The position numbers and the translations under genes are program-made. A DNA stretch of 64,000 nt from Calditrichaceae bacterium (lineage in GTDB: Bacteria; Calditrichota; Calditrichia; Calditrichales; JBFXGD01): positions 96,001-160,000 of the forward strand of contig JBFXLE010000005.1 in the NCBI GenBank assembly GCA_050173015.1. The letters are read 5' to 3'. A model generated the notes under the pieces. It was not told where the DNA came from and made no database searches. It saw only the letters and a program-made list of their open reading frames with translations. Positions within the stretch are counted from its first letter, which is position 1. Each line of letters begins with the position of its first letter. Of this stretch, positions 10,369 to 23,154 are shown piece after piece.

Positions 10369-10953
10369 TTGATTACTGAGCGCCAGCGTGAATTTTCTGA
10401 ACTTATCGATCCGCACTTACAGTCTTTATACAGCACTGCCTTAAGAATGACCCACAATCAGAATGATGCTGAAGATTTGGTACAGGACACTCTGTACAAA
10501 GCATTCAGAGCACTCGATCAATATCAGAAAAATACCAATTTTAGAGCATGGGTCTTCAGGATTTTGGTAAATACATTTATAACCGCGTACAGAAAAGCGA
10601 TAAAACAGCCACAAAAAGTAAGCTATGATGATCTTGAAGAATTTTTTCTGTATAAAAGACTTGATGAATCGATTAGTCTTCAGGAAACATCAAAGGAAGA
10701 ATTTCTTGAGAATTTCTTTGAAGACGATGTAAAAGAGGCGCTTGAAAATTTGCCCTATCAGTTCAGATTGGTGGTTTTGCTTTGTGATGTGGAAGGCTTT
10801 TCATATAATGAGATCGCCAATATCATAGACGCGCCGCTTGGGACAGTGATGTCCAGACTTTACAGGGGCAGAAAATTATTACAAAGATATTTATGGAATT
10901 ATGCAAAAACAAGAGGTTATATAAGTGACGACACAGACAAAAAAGATAGATAA
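10369..10953 (+). CDS. ECF RNA polymerase sigma factor (SigH/SigR-like)
   Basis: DAEDLVQDT, NFRAWVFRILVNTFI, GTVMSRLYRGR; TTG start after AGGAG. Confidence 0.93.
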   Translation: MITERQREFSELIDPHLQSLYSTALRMTHNQNDAEDLVQDTLYKAFRALDQYQKNTNFRAWVFRILVNTFITAYRKAIKQPQKVSYDDLEEFFLYKRLDESISLQETSKEEFLENFFEDDVKEALENLPYQFRLVVLLCDVEGFSYNEIANIIDAPLGTVMSRLYRGRKLLQRYLWNYAKTRGYISDDTDKKDR

Positions 10954-11182
10954 GTACAATTGCGCGGATATTGAAAAACATGTCCATGCTTATATTGACG
11001 GTGTTTTGAACGCGGAAGAAACCAGATTATTTAATGAACATCTTGACTATTGTCTTCCCTGTGATAAAAAAATTGAATTTGAAAAACGGCTTAAAGAAGT
11101 TGTCCGTTTAAAATCAAAAGACAATACACCTGTTGACCGTTTAAAATTAAGAATCGATAAAATGCTTACCGATCTCCTTTAA
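10925..11182 (+). CDS. Zinc-binding anti-sigma factor (zf-HC2, RsrA/RshA-like)
   Basis: N-terminal Cys plus HxxxCxxC (HLDYCLPC); overlaps the sigma gene; no TM segment. Confidence 0.88.
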   Translation: MTTQTKKIDKYNCADIEKHVHAYIDGVLNAEETRLFNEHLDYCLPCDKKIEFEKRLKEVVRLKSKDNTPVDRLKLRIDKMLTDLL

Positions 11183-11987
11183 CATCATTTAATAGCTGCA
11201 GTGGTTGATTAAAAAGGTAATTTTTTATTTTAATGATTTCGGTGAATTTCTCGCCGGTATTCTTTTGGGCTTCTATTGAAATTTCTATCGGCACAAAAAT
11301 ATCCTGAACTACCCTGTTTTTTAAGAGAACCAAATAACCATTTCTTATCTGATCCTGATTGCTTACCTGAACCTCCCACCCCTCGCATATCCATTTTGTC
11401 TTGACTGTCCGAAATTTAGGATAGGTCGTCACTTTGTTATTATCCCTATGGTAAAAGGATTCAATTTTTAAACAAAGTCCGTTTAATCCGAAGGTATATC
11501 GGTAATCAATCGGGTTTCCATCCAGGTTCATCGAATATGAAACCTGAATTGTCTGATTATTTTGAACCAATTGATAATCATTACTTATGCTTGTGTATAT
11601 GCCATTGATATAAAATCGCTGTAAATCTAACAATATGGTTCTGAACTGCTGTTTTAATGCTTCGACGGACCGTCGGTAATTAGTTTGATTTTCGTCCGGG
11701 ATGGGCGGGACGCCTTGTTCAGAAAGATATATGCTGTTTGGTTTTACCCATATCATTTGCAGAGGAAAAATTTCCGAATTTTTCCAGTTCTTTTCGGCGA
11801 AATTTTCTATTTTTGCACTCGTTACCAGAGAAACAACATTATTTAGGTTCGTCTCCTCGAGTGTATAGTATGAAGTTTTTAAATTTTCGAAAAACTCTTG
11901 TTCATCAAATATTATATCCTGACAAAAAACCGGAGTTAACCAGATTATTAATAAGAGACCTATTTTTTTAAGACCGGCTTTTTGCAT
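11166..11987 (-). CDS. Hypothetical secreted protein
   Basis: 273-aa ORF with a signal-peptide-like N-terminus; no recognised motif. Confidence 0.65.
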   Translation of the reverse strand: MQKAGLKKIGLLLIIWLTPVFCQDIIFDEQEFFENLKTSYYTLEETNLNNVVSLVTSAKIENFAEKNWKNSEIFPLQMIWVKPNSIYLSEQGVPPIPDENQTNYRRSVEALKQQFRTILLDLQRFYINGIYTSISNDYQLVQNNQTIQVSYSMNLDGNPIDYRYTFGLNGLCLKIESFYHRDNNKVTTYPKFRTVKTKWICEGWEVQVSNQDQIRNGYLVLLKNRVVQDIFVPIEISIEAQKNTGEKFTEIIKIKNYLFNQPLQLLNDVKGDR

Positions 11988-12144
11988 TGAAAATTTTCCT
12001 CATCAGTTTTATTTTTTATACATAAATTTAATTAGATATAATAATTATAACAATATAAAATTGGATATACAGGTTATTGCTTTTTCTTGCAATCGAAATG
12101 TTAATTTATTAGCTTTTACGCTCACAAAAAATATAATGGAATGA

Positions 12145-13182
12145 ATGATTATACAAGCAATTAATTTCAAAAACAATAATCTCGATATCATTGATCAAAC
12201 ATTGCTGCCGAATGAATATAAAATCATTCGTCTCAACAATTTAAACGAATCAATTGAAGCGATTAAACGACTCCGTGTAAGAGGGGCGCCGGCAATTGGA
12301 ATAGTGGCGGCCTACTCGCTATATCTTCACGCGCTCCGATTGGCTGACACCAGCAGCTTAAATGATGATACTTTTATTTCGGCCGCCGATTCTCTGAAAG
12401 ATAGCAGACCGACCGCCGTCAATCTTGAATGGGCGATTGAGAAGTTAACCAAAACATATTTCTCTTTTAATAAGAATGACCATTCGATGCTTCTCAATGA
12501 ACTACAGAATACAGCAATCGATATTCATAAAAAGGACATCATCACCTGTGATCGGATAGGGAAGTATGGCTCTGAAGTTATACGCGATGGATTTAATATA
12601 CTTACTCACTGCAATGCAGGAATTCTTGCGACCGGCGGCAGCGGTACCGCTTTATCACCGATTTACACAGCAAAAAAATCCGGAAAAAATATACATGTAT
12701 TTGTGGATGAAACACGTCCGCTTGGACAGGGCGCGCGACTTACTTATTGGGAACTTAAAAAAAACAATATCCCTGCCACTTTGATCACCGATGGAATGGC
12801 CGCGAGTCTTATGCAAGAGCAAAAAATTGATCTGGTTATTGTCGGCGCGGATCGCATATCATCCAATGGAGATTTCGCCAACAAAATCGGAACATATTCA
12901 TTGGCGGTTCTTGCAGAGTATCATGATGTGCCGTTTTATACAGCCGCGCCCTCATCATCTTTTGATTTATCGATTGGCGACGGATCAGAAATTCCCATTG
13001 AATATCGGGATAAATCTGAAGTTTTAAATTTTTGGAATATATCGGATTATGAAGGTTATGATGTCCATAATCCCGCTTTTGATGTAACCCCGAACAAATT
13101 ACTTACGGGCATCATCACAGAGCATGGCATCATCGAACCACCATTTTTAAAAAACATCAACTCTATTATTAACACCAATTAA
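12145..13182 (+). CDS. mtnA: S-methyl-5-thioribose-1-phosphate isomerase
   Basis: VRGAPAIG, RPTAVNL, THCNAG, ETRP, ANKIGTY, NPAFDVTP. Confidence 0.95.
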   Translation: MIIQAINFKNNNLDIIDQTLLPNEYKIIRLNNLNESIEAIKRLRVRGAPAIGIVAAYSLYLHALRLADTSSLNDDTFISAADSLKDSRPTAVNLEWAIEKLTKTYFSFNKNDHSMLLNELQNTAIDIHKKDIITCDRIGKYGSEVIRDGFNILTHCNAGILATGGSGTALSPIYTAKKSGKNIHVFVDETRPLGQGARLTYWELKKNNIPATLITDGMAASLMQEQKIDLVIVGADRISSNGDFANKIGTYSLAVLAEYHDVPFYTAAPSSSFDLSIGDGSEIPIEYRDKSEVLNFWNISDYEGYDVHNPAFDVTPNKLLTGIITEHGIIEPPFLKNINSIINTN

Positions 13183-13192
13183 GGAGATCATT

Positions 13193-14275
13193 ATGAAAAA
13201 AACAATCCTGATGATATTTTCATCATTGTTGATTTTATCAGTGCTTAGTTCATGCCGTCCACCGGAACTTGAGGGAGCGTTCGTTGATTACAAAGCCGGA
13301 CGTTTTGAAAGCGCACTCGTTCTTGCAAAAGAGGCCACCGAAAAATATCCCAGCAATCCTGAAGCATGGTATCTTTTAGGTGAATTATACGGAAAACAGG
13401 GCGACATCAAAGAAATGGTGGGCGCTTTCGAAAATTCTCTTAAAATAGGACCGCAGTTTAAACCCCAGATTACTGAATCCAGAAATTATTACTATTCAAC
13501 TGAGTTTAATAAAGGCGTCGGCAATTATAATAACTTCACGAAACTGGAAGACAAAAAATCTGATTCCGCGGTTAAATTGTTAAACGCGGCGCTTGTCAAT
13601 TTTAATAATGTTACTTTTCTTAAAAATGATTTCCGGGTGAACGAACTTATCGCTCTTTGTTATACCTTGCTGGATGACAAGGAAAATGCCCTCAATTCAT
13701 ACAAATCACTTACCGTTAATTTCCCGGACTCCGTTGCTTCATGGGTAGAACTTGGTACCTACTTTTTTAATGGCAAACAGTATGACGATGCCATTACCAA
13801 TTACAAGAAAGCGATTGAGCTGGATGCTAATAATGCCGAAGCGATAACCTATCTTGCCCAAAGTTATGATTTTTTAAATCGTCGTGACGAAGCCGTTGAG
13901 GCTTACAACAAAGCCATGCAGATTAATCCGCAGGAAAAAGCATTTCCTTTTAATGCCGGACTATTGTTTATAAAAGCCGGAAATGAGGAAGGAATCGATG
14001 AAAACCTGCAGAAAGAATATCTTGCAAAGTCCATTGATTATTTTGCAAAGGCTCTTGAGATTGACGCTAATCTGAAAGAAGCCTATCAATTAAAAAGCAC
14101 ATCCGAGCTTCGAATCGGAAAATTCACTGAGGCTAAAAGCACGTTACTGGCGGGATTGGATATTTATCCCGAAGATGGTTCAATGTGGTATAACCTTGGC
14201 GTTAGCTATGCACGCCTTAATGAAAAGACAAAATCTGAAGAAGCTTTCAAGAAAGCCACCGAGTTAGGAAACTGA
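13193..14275 (+). CDS. TPR-repeat lipoprotein
   Basis: Lipobox LSSC; multiple TPR motifs. Confidence 0.85.
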   Translation: MKKTILMIFSSLLILSVLSSCRPPELEGAFVDYKAGRFESALVLAKEATEKYPSNPEAWYLLGELYGKQGDIKEMVGAFENSLKIGPQFKPQITESRNYYYSTEFNKGVGNYNNFTKLEDKKSDSAVKLLNAALVNFNNVTFLKNDFRVNELIALCYTLLDDKENALNSYKSLTVNFPDSVASWVELGTYFFNGKQYDDAITNYKKAIELDANNAEAITYLAQSYDFLNRRDEAVEAYNKAMQINPQEKAFPFNAGLLFIKAGNEEGIDENLQKEYLAKSIDYFAKALEIDANLKEAYQLKSTSELRIGKFTEAKSTLLAGLDIYPEDGSMWYNLGVSYARLNEKTKSEEAFKKATELGN

Positions 14276-14279
14276 TATT

Positions 14280-14320
14280 AAAAAAATGGCTGCCCTTATT
14301 AAAGCGACAGCCATTTTTTT
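14280..14320. terminator. Bidirectional intrinsic terminator
   Basis: AAAAAAATGGCTG...CAGCCATTTTTTT between convergent genes. Confidence 0.8.
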
Positions 14321-14949
14321 TATTTTTTTAGATCGTTTGTAATGTAATAAGACAGAGCTTCCAGCTCGATTGACATATTTTCATTTTTTACCAGAACATC
14401 CGGTGGCGTTTTTATGCTTATAGGCGCAAAATTTAATATGGCTTTGACACCGCAGTTTACAAAAAAGTCTGTGACCCCCTGAGCAACTTTTGCCGGCACC
14501 GCGATAATGGCAATTTCAATATTTTTATCTTTGACCACATGGCAAACATCATTGATATTGTTTATAACCAAGCCATTTACTTCATCCCCAATCTTTTCCG
14601 GATCGCTGTCAAACAATGCCTTAACCTGAAAGCCCTGTTTTTTAAATTCCTGATAATCAATTAACGCGCGTCCAATATTCCCAATTCCAACCAGAGCAAT
14701 ATTCCAGGTTTTTTTAAGACCAAGAATCTTTCCGATTTCTTCTCTCAGGTCTTTTGTGTTATATCCTAGCCCTCGTTTCCCAAAAGTTCCGAAAAAGGAG
14801 AGATCCTTACGGACCTGAGCCGAAGTGACACCATCAATTTCCGCGATTTCATCCGAAGACACCGTTTCAATCTTTTGTTCGATAAGCAGACTTAATGTTC
14901 TGTAATACCGGGATAAACGGCTGATAGTTGAATCTGATATTTTTTTCAT
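14320..14949 (-). CDS. rex: Redox-sensing transcriptional repressor Rex
   Basis: STISRLSRYYR, QVRKDLSFFG, GIGNIG, ILNFAP; start moved to ATG 14949 behind a GGAGG RBS. Confidence 0.95.
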   Translation of the reverse strand: MKKISDSTISRLSRYYRTLSLLIEQKIETVSSDEIAEIDGVTSAQVRKDLSFFGTFGKRGLGYNTKDLREEIGKILGLKKTWNIALVGIGNIGRALIDYQEFKKQGFQVKALFDSDPEKIGDEVNGLVINNINDVCHVVKDKNIEIAIIAVPAKVAQGVTDFFVNCGVKAILNFAPISIKTPPDVLVKNENMSIELEALSYYITNDLKK

Positions 14950-15008
14950 CTTTCCTCCGTATAGGATTTGATTCAATATATCGTTACCAGCAATCCGCTG
15001 AAAATAGT

Positions 15009-17471
15009 TTACTCCTCAGGAGTTTCCCCGTTTTCTTCATCTTCTGTCGGAAATACTTTGGTTATATCACTTACTTTGTCATTTTCATCCAACCGGATCA
15101 ATCTTACACCCTGCGTGTTTCTGCCTATTACATTTATATCATCGATACTTTGACGTATGACAACTCCGTTTTCCGTAATTATCATTAAGTCTTCTGATTC
15201 ACTGATATCTATCGCATCAATCAGTTTTCCTGTTTTGGCGGTAACACGCATGGCGATAATTCCGCTTCCGCCGCGGCTCTGAAGCCTGAAATTGCCAACG
15301 GCAGTTCTTTTTCCATAACCGTTTTCAGAAATCGTTAATAGTTCATTTTCATCTTTTACGACAGCCATCGATATGACATGATCATCATTTTTAAGTCTGA
15401 TACCACGTACACCCGTTGCGTTTCTGCCCATTGAGCGGATCCCGTTTTCCGAAAAGCGGATAGATTTTCCATTTTTTGTAACCAGGATGATGTCACTTTC
15501 ACCATCGGATAGTGAAGCGCCGACCAGTCGGTCTTCCTCTTTAATATTAATCGCGATAATCCCGCCTTTTCTTGGACGACTGAACGCGGAAAGATCAGTT
15601 TTTTTAATTACTCCCTTTTCAGATGAAAATACAATATAACCCGGTTGATCAAAATTCCGGATCGACATAAACGCCTGTATTTTTTCACCACTTTCAATAT
15701 TTATTAAGTTTATGATCGGTCTGCCCTTTGATATTCTCCCGGCAGGCGGAATCGTATACACTTTCAACCAATGGCAGCGTCCTTTGTCCGTAAAAAAGAG
15801 AATGTAATCATGTGTTCCGGCAACAAAGAGATGTTCAATATAATCCTCATCTTTCGTTTTGGCCGCGGTGGTTCCTCTTCCTCCTCTGTTCTGGGTCCGG
15901 TAGGCATTCACCGGAATTCTTTTGATCGCGCCGGAATGAGATATGGTAATTACCATATCTTCTTCGGTGATCATATCTTCTATATCAACTTCTTCATAAT
16001 TAAAAACGATTTCAGTTCTTCGCATATCCGAATACTTGGATACGACGCCGTCCAATTCCTCTTTTATCAATTCCTTCTGCATCTGAGGGCTATTGAGAAT
16101 TGCTTTAAAATGTTCGATTTGTTTTAACAGTTCACGGTATTCTTCTTCAATTTTTTCTCTTTCGAGACCTGTAAGTCTCTGCAGTCTCATTTCCAGAATG
16201 GCTTTTGCCTGAATCTCTGTCAATCCAAACCGGTCAATAAGCCTTATTTTTGCTTCCTCCGGATTTGGTGATGTTTTAATAAGCTCAATGATCTCATCAA
16301 TATTATCAATGGCAATTCTCAGACCTTCGAGAATATGCGCTCTTTTTTCAGCTTCTTCAAGATCATATCTTGTGCGACGTATAATTACTTCTACTCTGTG
16401 ATCAATAAAATATTGAATCATTTCTTTTAGATTTAGGACCCGCGGACGTCCCTTAACCAAAGCAAGCATTATAATTCCGAATGTCGTCTGCATCTGGCTG
16501 TGTTTATATAGTAAATTAAGAATGGCATTAGGATCAATATCTTTTTTTAATTCTATAACGATCCTCATTCCATCCCGGTCAGATTCATCCCGAAGATCTG
16601 AAATGCCTTCGATTCGCTTATCCTTTACAAGTTCAACAATTTTATTGATCAGGTTTAATTTATTCACCTGATAGGGAATTTCCTTGACTAAAATGGTTGA
16701 TTTGCCGTTCGGGTGCGTTTCAATTTCGGTTCTGGCCCTGACAATTACTTTTCCTCTGCCGCTATTGTAAGCTTTTATTATTTCAGCTCCGCCATATATA
16801 AATCCACCTGTCGGAAAGTCCGGTCCCTTAATATGCTGCATCAAGTCGCTGATAGATATATCCGGATTGTCGATCACCGCTTTTGTCGCGTCCACAACTT
16901 CATTAAGATTGTGCGGTGGTATATTTGTGGCCATGCCGACGGCGATACCTGATGAGCCGTTTATCAGCAAATTTGGTAATTTTGCCGGAAGCACCACCGG
17001 TTCATCAAGCGTGTCGTCAAAATTTCTTGTATAATCGACCGTGTTCTTATTGATGTCCGTTAAAAGTTCTTCAGCTATTTCTCTCATTCTGACTTCAGTG
17101 TATCTCATCGCCGCCGCTGAATCACCATCAACCGAGCCAAAGTTTCCCTGGCCGTCAATTAATGGATAACGGAGTGAAAAATCCTGAACCATACGTACAA
17201 TAGTATCGTAAACCGCTGAATCACCATGAGGGTGATACTTACCTAATACCTCACCGACAACTCTGGCGCTTTTTTTATGTGCTCTATTGTGTAGATTGCC
17301 GAGTTCACGCATGCCATAAAGTACTCTGCGGTGCACAGGCTTAAGACCGTCACGCACGTCAGGTAAAGCTCTCGAAACAATTACGGACATGGAGTAGTCC
17401 AGATAGGACTCCTTCATCTCATCTTCTATTAGTTTTGGAAGTATTTTTTCATTTTCAGCCATATGACTCAT
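15009..17471 (-). CDS. gyrA: DNA gyrase subunit A
   Basis: [25 protein letters not shown], GyrA-box QNRGGRG. Confidence 0.98.
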   Translation of the reverse strand: MSHMAENEKILPKLIEDEMKESYLDYSMSVIVSRALPDVRDGLKPVHRRVLYGMRELGNLHNRAHKKSARVVGEVLGKYHPHGDSAVYDTIVRMVQDFSLRYPLIDGQGNFGSVDGDSAAAMRYTEVRMREIAEELLTDINKNTVDYTRNFDDTLDEPVVLPAKLPNLLINGSSGIAVGMATNIPPHNLNEVVDATKAVIDNPDISISDLMQHIKGPDFPTGGFIYGGAEIIKAYNSGRGKVIVRARTEIETHPNGKSTILVKEIPYQVNKLNLINKIVELVKDKRIEGISDLRDESDRDGMRIVIELKKDIDPNAILNLLYKHSQMQTTFGIIMLALVKGRPRVLNLKEMIQYFIDHRVEVIIRRTRYDLEEAEKRAHILEGLRIAIDNIDEIIELIKTSPNPEEAKIRLIDRFGLTEIQAKAILEMRLQRLTGLEREKIEEEYRELLKQIEHFKAILNSPQMQKELIKEELDGVVSKYSDMRRTEIVFNYEEVDIEDMITEEDMVITISHSGAIKRIPVNAYRTQNRGGRGTTAAKTKDEDYIEHLFVAGTHDYILFFTDKGRCHWLKVYTIPPAGRISKGRPIINLINIESGEKIQAFMSIRNFDQPGYIVFSSEKGVIKKTDLSAFSRPRKGGIIAINIKEEDRLVGASLSDGESDIILVTKNGKSIRFSENGIRSMGRNATGVRGIRLKNDDHVISMAVVKDENELLTISENGYGKRTAVGNFRLQSRGGSGIIAMRVTAKTGKLIDAIDISESEDLMIITENGVVIRQSIDDINVIGRNTQGVRLIRLDENDKVSDITKVFPTEDEENGETPEE

Positions 17472-17483
17472 TATCCTTGAAAA

Positions 17484-19685
<2,202 letters not shown>

Positions 19686-19696
<11 letters not shown>

Positions 19697-20807
19697 TCAC
19701 TATGGCCCCGTTTTGTAAATGTATGTAATTATTACTTTTAAGGCTTGTATCTTTAAATTTGGCCTTAAGGGTGGTAGTAATAAAAGTTTGCCCGATGGTA
19801 TTCGTGAAATCCAGCAGACTGGCAATTCTGTTGTCATCAAGTTCGCCAAAAATATCATCCATTAAAAATACCGGATTTTCTTTTAAGTGTTGTTTTAAAA
19901 ATTCACTTTCGACAAATTTTAACGCGATCAAAAACGTTTTATTTTCTCCCTGAGAACCATAGTATTTTAAAAAATTCCCATCTTTCATAAAATTAAAATC
20001 ATCCCTGTGCGGTCCGACTGAAGTACTTTTTCTCTCAATATCAGCATTCAGATTTTCTGATAAATTATCATGATACTGTTCTTTAAGTTCCGCTTGATCA
20101 GCATTAAGATTTTTACTGATGTTAGAAACGTAACTTCCTGAGATATTTTCATGTGTTTTTGAAATAAACCGGTAATACTCTGTTATTTTTTTATTAATAA
20201 ATTCGATAAATTTTTGCCGTGACAGAATAATCTCAACGCCATTTGCGATAAGCTGTTCATCCCAGGGGAACAGAGCCTTTTTATTTGATTTTCCTTCATT
20301 TATTAAAGTCAGAAGTTTATTGCGATGCTGAAGACTTTTTTTATATTTCTGCAGCGCGTGCAAATATACCGGACTTGTTTGTGACAGCAGTATATCAACA
20401 AATCGACGGCGGTTTGCAGGAACACCATACGTTAATTCCAAATCTTCAAGTGACAATAGAATTGTGGGAACAACACCAATTAATTCCGAGAAGTTTTGTA
20501 ATTTGTTTTCATTCAAAAAAACGTTTTTACCGTCTTTTAATGAAAAAAACAGCCTTATATCAACTTCATTACTTGTATCGGTATTAAATCTACCTTTCAG
20601 ATCGAAATATTCTTTTGACTGCTGCAAAGCAATTTTTTCTGAATTTATTCTAAAACTTCTGGTAATCGCTAGAAAATATATGGCTTCAAGAAGCGATGTT
20701 TTACCCTGACCGTTTTCTCCGTAGATAATATTTATATTTTTATCAAATTCGATCTCTTCATTTGCAATATTACGAAAATTTTTAATTTCTATCTTTTTTA
20801 TATGCAT
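19686..20807 (-). CDS. recF: DNA replication/repair protein RecF
   Basis: NFRN, GENGQGKT, GPHRDD, SQGE, LMDDIFGELD. Confidence 0.96.
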
Positions 20808-20813
20808 TCTAAC

Positions 20814-21926
20814 TTAATTTAGCCTCACGGGCATAATAAGCATAAGAATTTCATCCATTTCATCGCCATTTACGGGATAAACCAAACCAGGACCATCCGC
20901 ATCTTTAACCATGATCTTAATTTCATCCGTATCGAGATGTCGTAAAATATCCATCAGATAATTGGCGTTATAAGCAATTTCAAGTGAATCACTGTTGTAT
21001 TTGCATGGTATTGTCTCATTCGCTTCTCCGCCGAAATCAATATCCTGAGCAAATACAGCCATATTATCTTTATCAATATTTAAACGAACCTGATAAGTAA
21101 TAGGATTTGAAAACAGAGAAACGCGCTTCACCGAAGAAATAAAGCTTTCACGGTCTATAGATAATTCCTTTGAATATTCAGTAGGAATAACTCTTTCATA
21201 GTCCGGATACGGTTCTTTAATTATTCGTGAATAAATTTTTGTATCCGGCAACTCGAACAATACATGGTTTTCGCTGAATACAATCTGCTGGTTTCCGTCT
21301 TCAGGAAGATTCCGCGCCACAAAATTCAATGCCTTGGTCGGAATAATCAGATCCCTCGTAAAATCAAGAGATTCAAAATCTTTGTTAATATATTTAACCA
21401 GACGATGTCCGTCAGTCGCCACCATACGATATTCGTTTTCAAAAATCTGACAATACACACCGGTTAACGCAGGTCTTAAATTATCAGTGGAACAGGCGAA
21501 AAGTGTTTTTTCTATCATTCTCTTAAATTTTTTATTATTCAGACTAATTTTCTGTTCCGATTCCACAAGCGGCACGCTGGGATATTCATTTTTATCCTGT
21601 CCGGATAATTTGTATTCACCCAGAGATGATTTTATTACTATCTTTAAATTTGAATCCACATTAAAATTAAGATCAATCTCCGGCATCTCACGTATAATGT
21701 CCAATAACAATTTTCCCGGAACCGTAATTGATCCTTCTTCTTTTATGGTACACTTTGTCCAGGTGATTTGTGTGATTTCAAGATCAGTAGCAATAATTTT
21801 CAACTCTTCATTTTCTGCAATTATCAGGACATTATAAAGAATATCAACTGTTGATTTTGCAGGGATTACATTAATAACTTTTTGTAAAGATTTAAAAAAT
21901 GAGTTGCGTGAGACAGTAAAATTCAT
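20814..21926 (-). CDS. dnaN: DNA polymerase III beta sliding clamp
   Basis: ATDLE, RPALTGV, VATDGHRL, YPDYERVIP, LIMPVR. Confidence 0.97.
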   Translation of the reverse strand: MNFTVSRNSFFKSLQKVINVIPAKSTVDILYNVLIIAENEELKIIATDLEITQITWTKCTIKEEGSITVPGKLLLDIIREMPEIDLNFNVDSNLKIVIKSSLGEYKLSGQDKNEYPSVPLVESEQKISLNNKKFKRMIEKTLFACSTDNLRPALTGVYCQIFENEYRMVATDGHRLVKYINKDFESLDFTRDLIIPTKALNFVARNLPEDGNQQIVFSENHVLFELPDTKIYSRIIKEPYPDYERVIPTEYSKELSIDRESFISSVKRVSLFSNPITYQVRLNIDKDNMAVFAQDIDFGGEANETIPCKYNSDSLEIAYNANYLMDILRHLDTDEIKIMVKDADGPGLVYPVNGDEMDEILMLIMPVRLN

Positions 21927-22040
21927 TTTCCCTCCAAATTAGGCAATTTCAATCCTATCAAAATAACCAAAATTTATAACTATTTCAAGGATTTTTAAGT
22001 AATATAAAGAGATGGCCGACGTGAAATATTTATACTCTAA

Positions 22041-22340
22041 TATTATTGTTTTTATTTAAAATAAATTGAAGATATAGTAATAGATAATGTGAATTTGTGG
22101 ATAAATATCAAAAAGCCGCGTTAGATATGGAAATAAGCGTCATATTAGAGTGTGGATTAAATATAAAATTATTGTGGAATAAAACATTTTTCATATTGAT
22201 GGTGGTGTGGGTAAATATAGACATGTTTATAAAGATTGTTTTTTAAAGAAGTATTCCACAAAATTATCCACAATAAGTTTTATGGCTTAAGTATAATAAA
22301 TTCAATTTGATGTGATGTTAAAAATAAAAAGATATTCACA
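22041..22340. other. Replication origin oriC (DnaA-box cluster, DnaA-trios, AT-rich unwinding element)
   Basis: Perfect DnaA boxes at 22096-22104 (TGTGGATAA) and 22264-22272 (TTATCCACA); near-consensus boxes at 22151, 22173, 22206, 22224, 22252 and 22332; TAG-TAA-TAG at 22075-22083; AT-rich 22041-22070; gene strand switches here. Confidence 0.88.
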
Positions 22341-22448
22341 ATTTTTATAAATTTAAGAAAAAAAATATTTTTGTTTATTAATTTGCCTTGCAATATAGTA
22401 TATAGCTATATTAAAATTTGTGAATATTTTGAGACAATTGGAGGATAA

Positions 22449-22607
22449 ATGAAGCGTACATTTCAACCGAGTAATCGTAAAAGAAAAAACAAACATGGGT
22501 TCAGGGAACGCATGAGCAGTAAAAACGGACGCGCCGTTTTAGCCAGTAGAAGAGCAAAAGGCCGTAAGCGTTTAACTGTTAGTGATGAATATAACCAGAC
22601 AGCATAA
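22449..22607 (+). CDS. rpmH: 50S ribosomal protein L34 (missing from the ORF track)
   Basis: Hand translation [60 protein letters not shown]. Confidence 0.97.
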   Translation: MKRTFQPSNRKRKNKHGFRERMSSKNGRAVLASRRAKGRKRLTVSDEYNQTA

Positions 22608-22920
22608 AATAACCACTATATCCGGTAGAGACGAAATAAAATTTATTCTAGATAATGGTAAAAAAATTTACACTCGTCTTGGATTAATTTTTCTCTACAA
22701 GGAAGTAGATGAGTCAGAATTTCAAAAAGCAGCCATCCTTCTCAAAAAAAATATAGGATCGGCAGTAAAAAGAAATTATGTTAAAAGAATTATTCGTCAT
22801 TTTTTGAGAGACCATATCACCCTGTTTAAAAATTACAACAGGGTGATATTTCTTTATACATATCGAGGAGATATTGATTATAATTCTCTGAAAGAAATTT
22901 ATGTACGCGCCCTGAGTTAG
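22582..22920 (+). CDS. rnpA: Ribonuclease P protein component
   Basis: [18 protein letters not shown] (RNR motif); follows rpmH. Confidence 0.88.
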   Translation: MMNITRQHKITTISGRDEIKFILDNGKKIYTRLGLIFLYKEVDESEFQKAAILLKKNIGSAVKRNYVKRIIRHFLRDHITLFKNYNRVIFLYTYRGDIDYNSLKEIYVRALS

Positions 22921-22921
22921 T

Positions 22922-23137
22922 ATGAAAAAAATACTTTTGCTTTTAATTCGCGGGTATCAAAAAATCATTTCCCCGCTTTTTTCACCTTCGTGCAGGTTTT
23001 ATCCCACTTGTTCAGAATATGCCTATCAGTCAATAGACAGACATGGTTTTTTTAAAGGACTCTGGTATTCAATAATTAGAATTAGTAAGTGTCATCCGTT
23101 TCATCCCGGCGGATTTGATCCTGTGAAAGAAAAATAG
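22922..23137 (+). CDS. yidD: Membrane protein insertion efficiency factor
   Basis: [30 protein letters not shown]. Confidence 0.95.
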   Translation: MKKILLLLIRGYQKIISPLFSPSCRFYPTCSEYAYQSIDRHGFFKGLWYSIIRISKCHPFHPGGFDPVKEK

Positions 23138-23154
23138 AAGGAATACATTTTATT

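Noticed and set aside
22013-22028. Third parS site (TGGCCGACGTGAAATA)
   Set aside because: Only the right half resembles the consensus; it is not palindromic
21927-22448. Hidden or pseudogenised dnaA in the dnaN-rpmH gap
   Set aside because: The gap is 522 bp, AT-rich and stop-rich, and the ORF track shows no ORF of 60 aa or more
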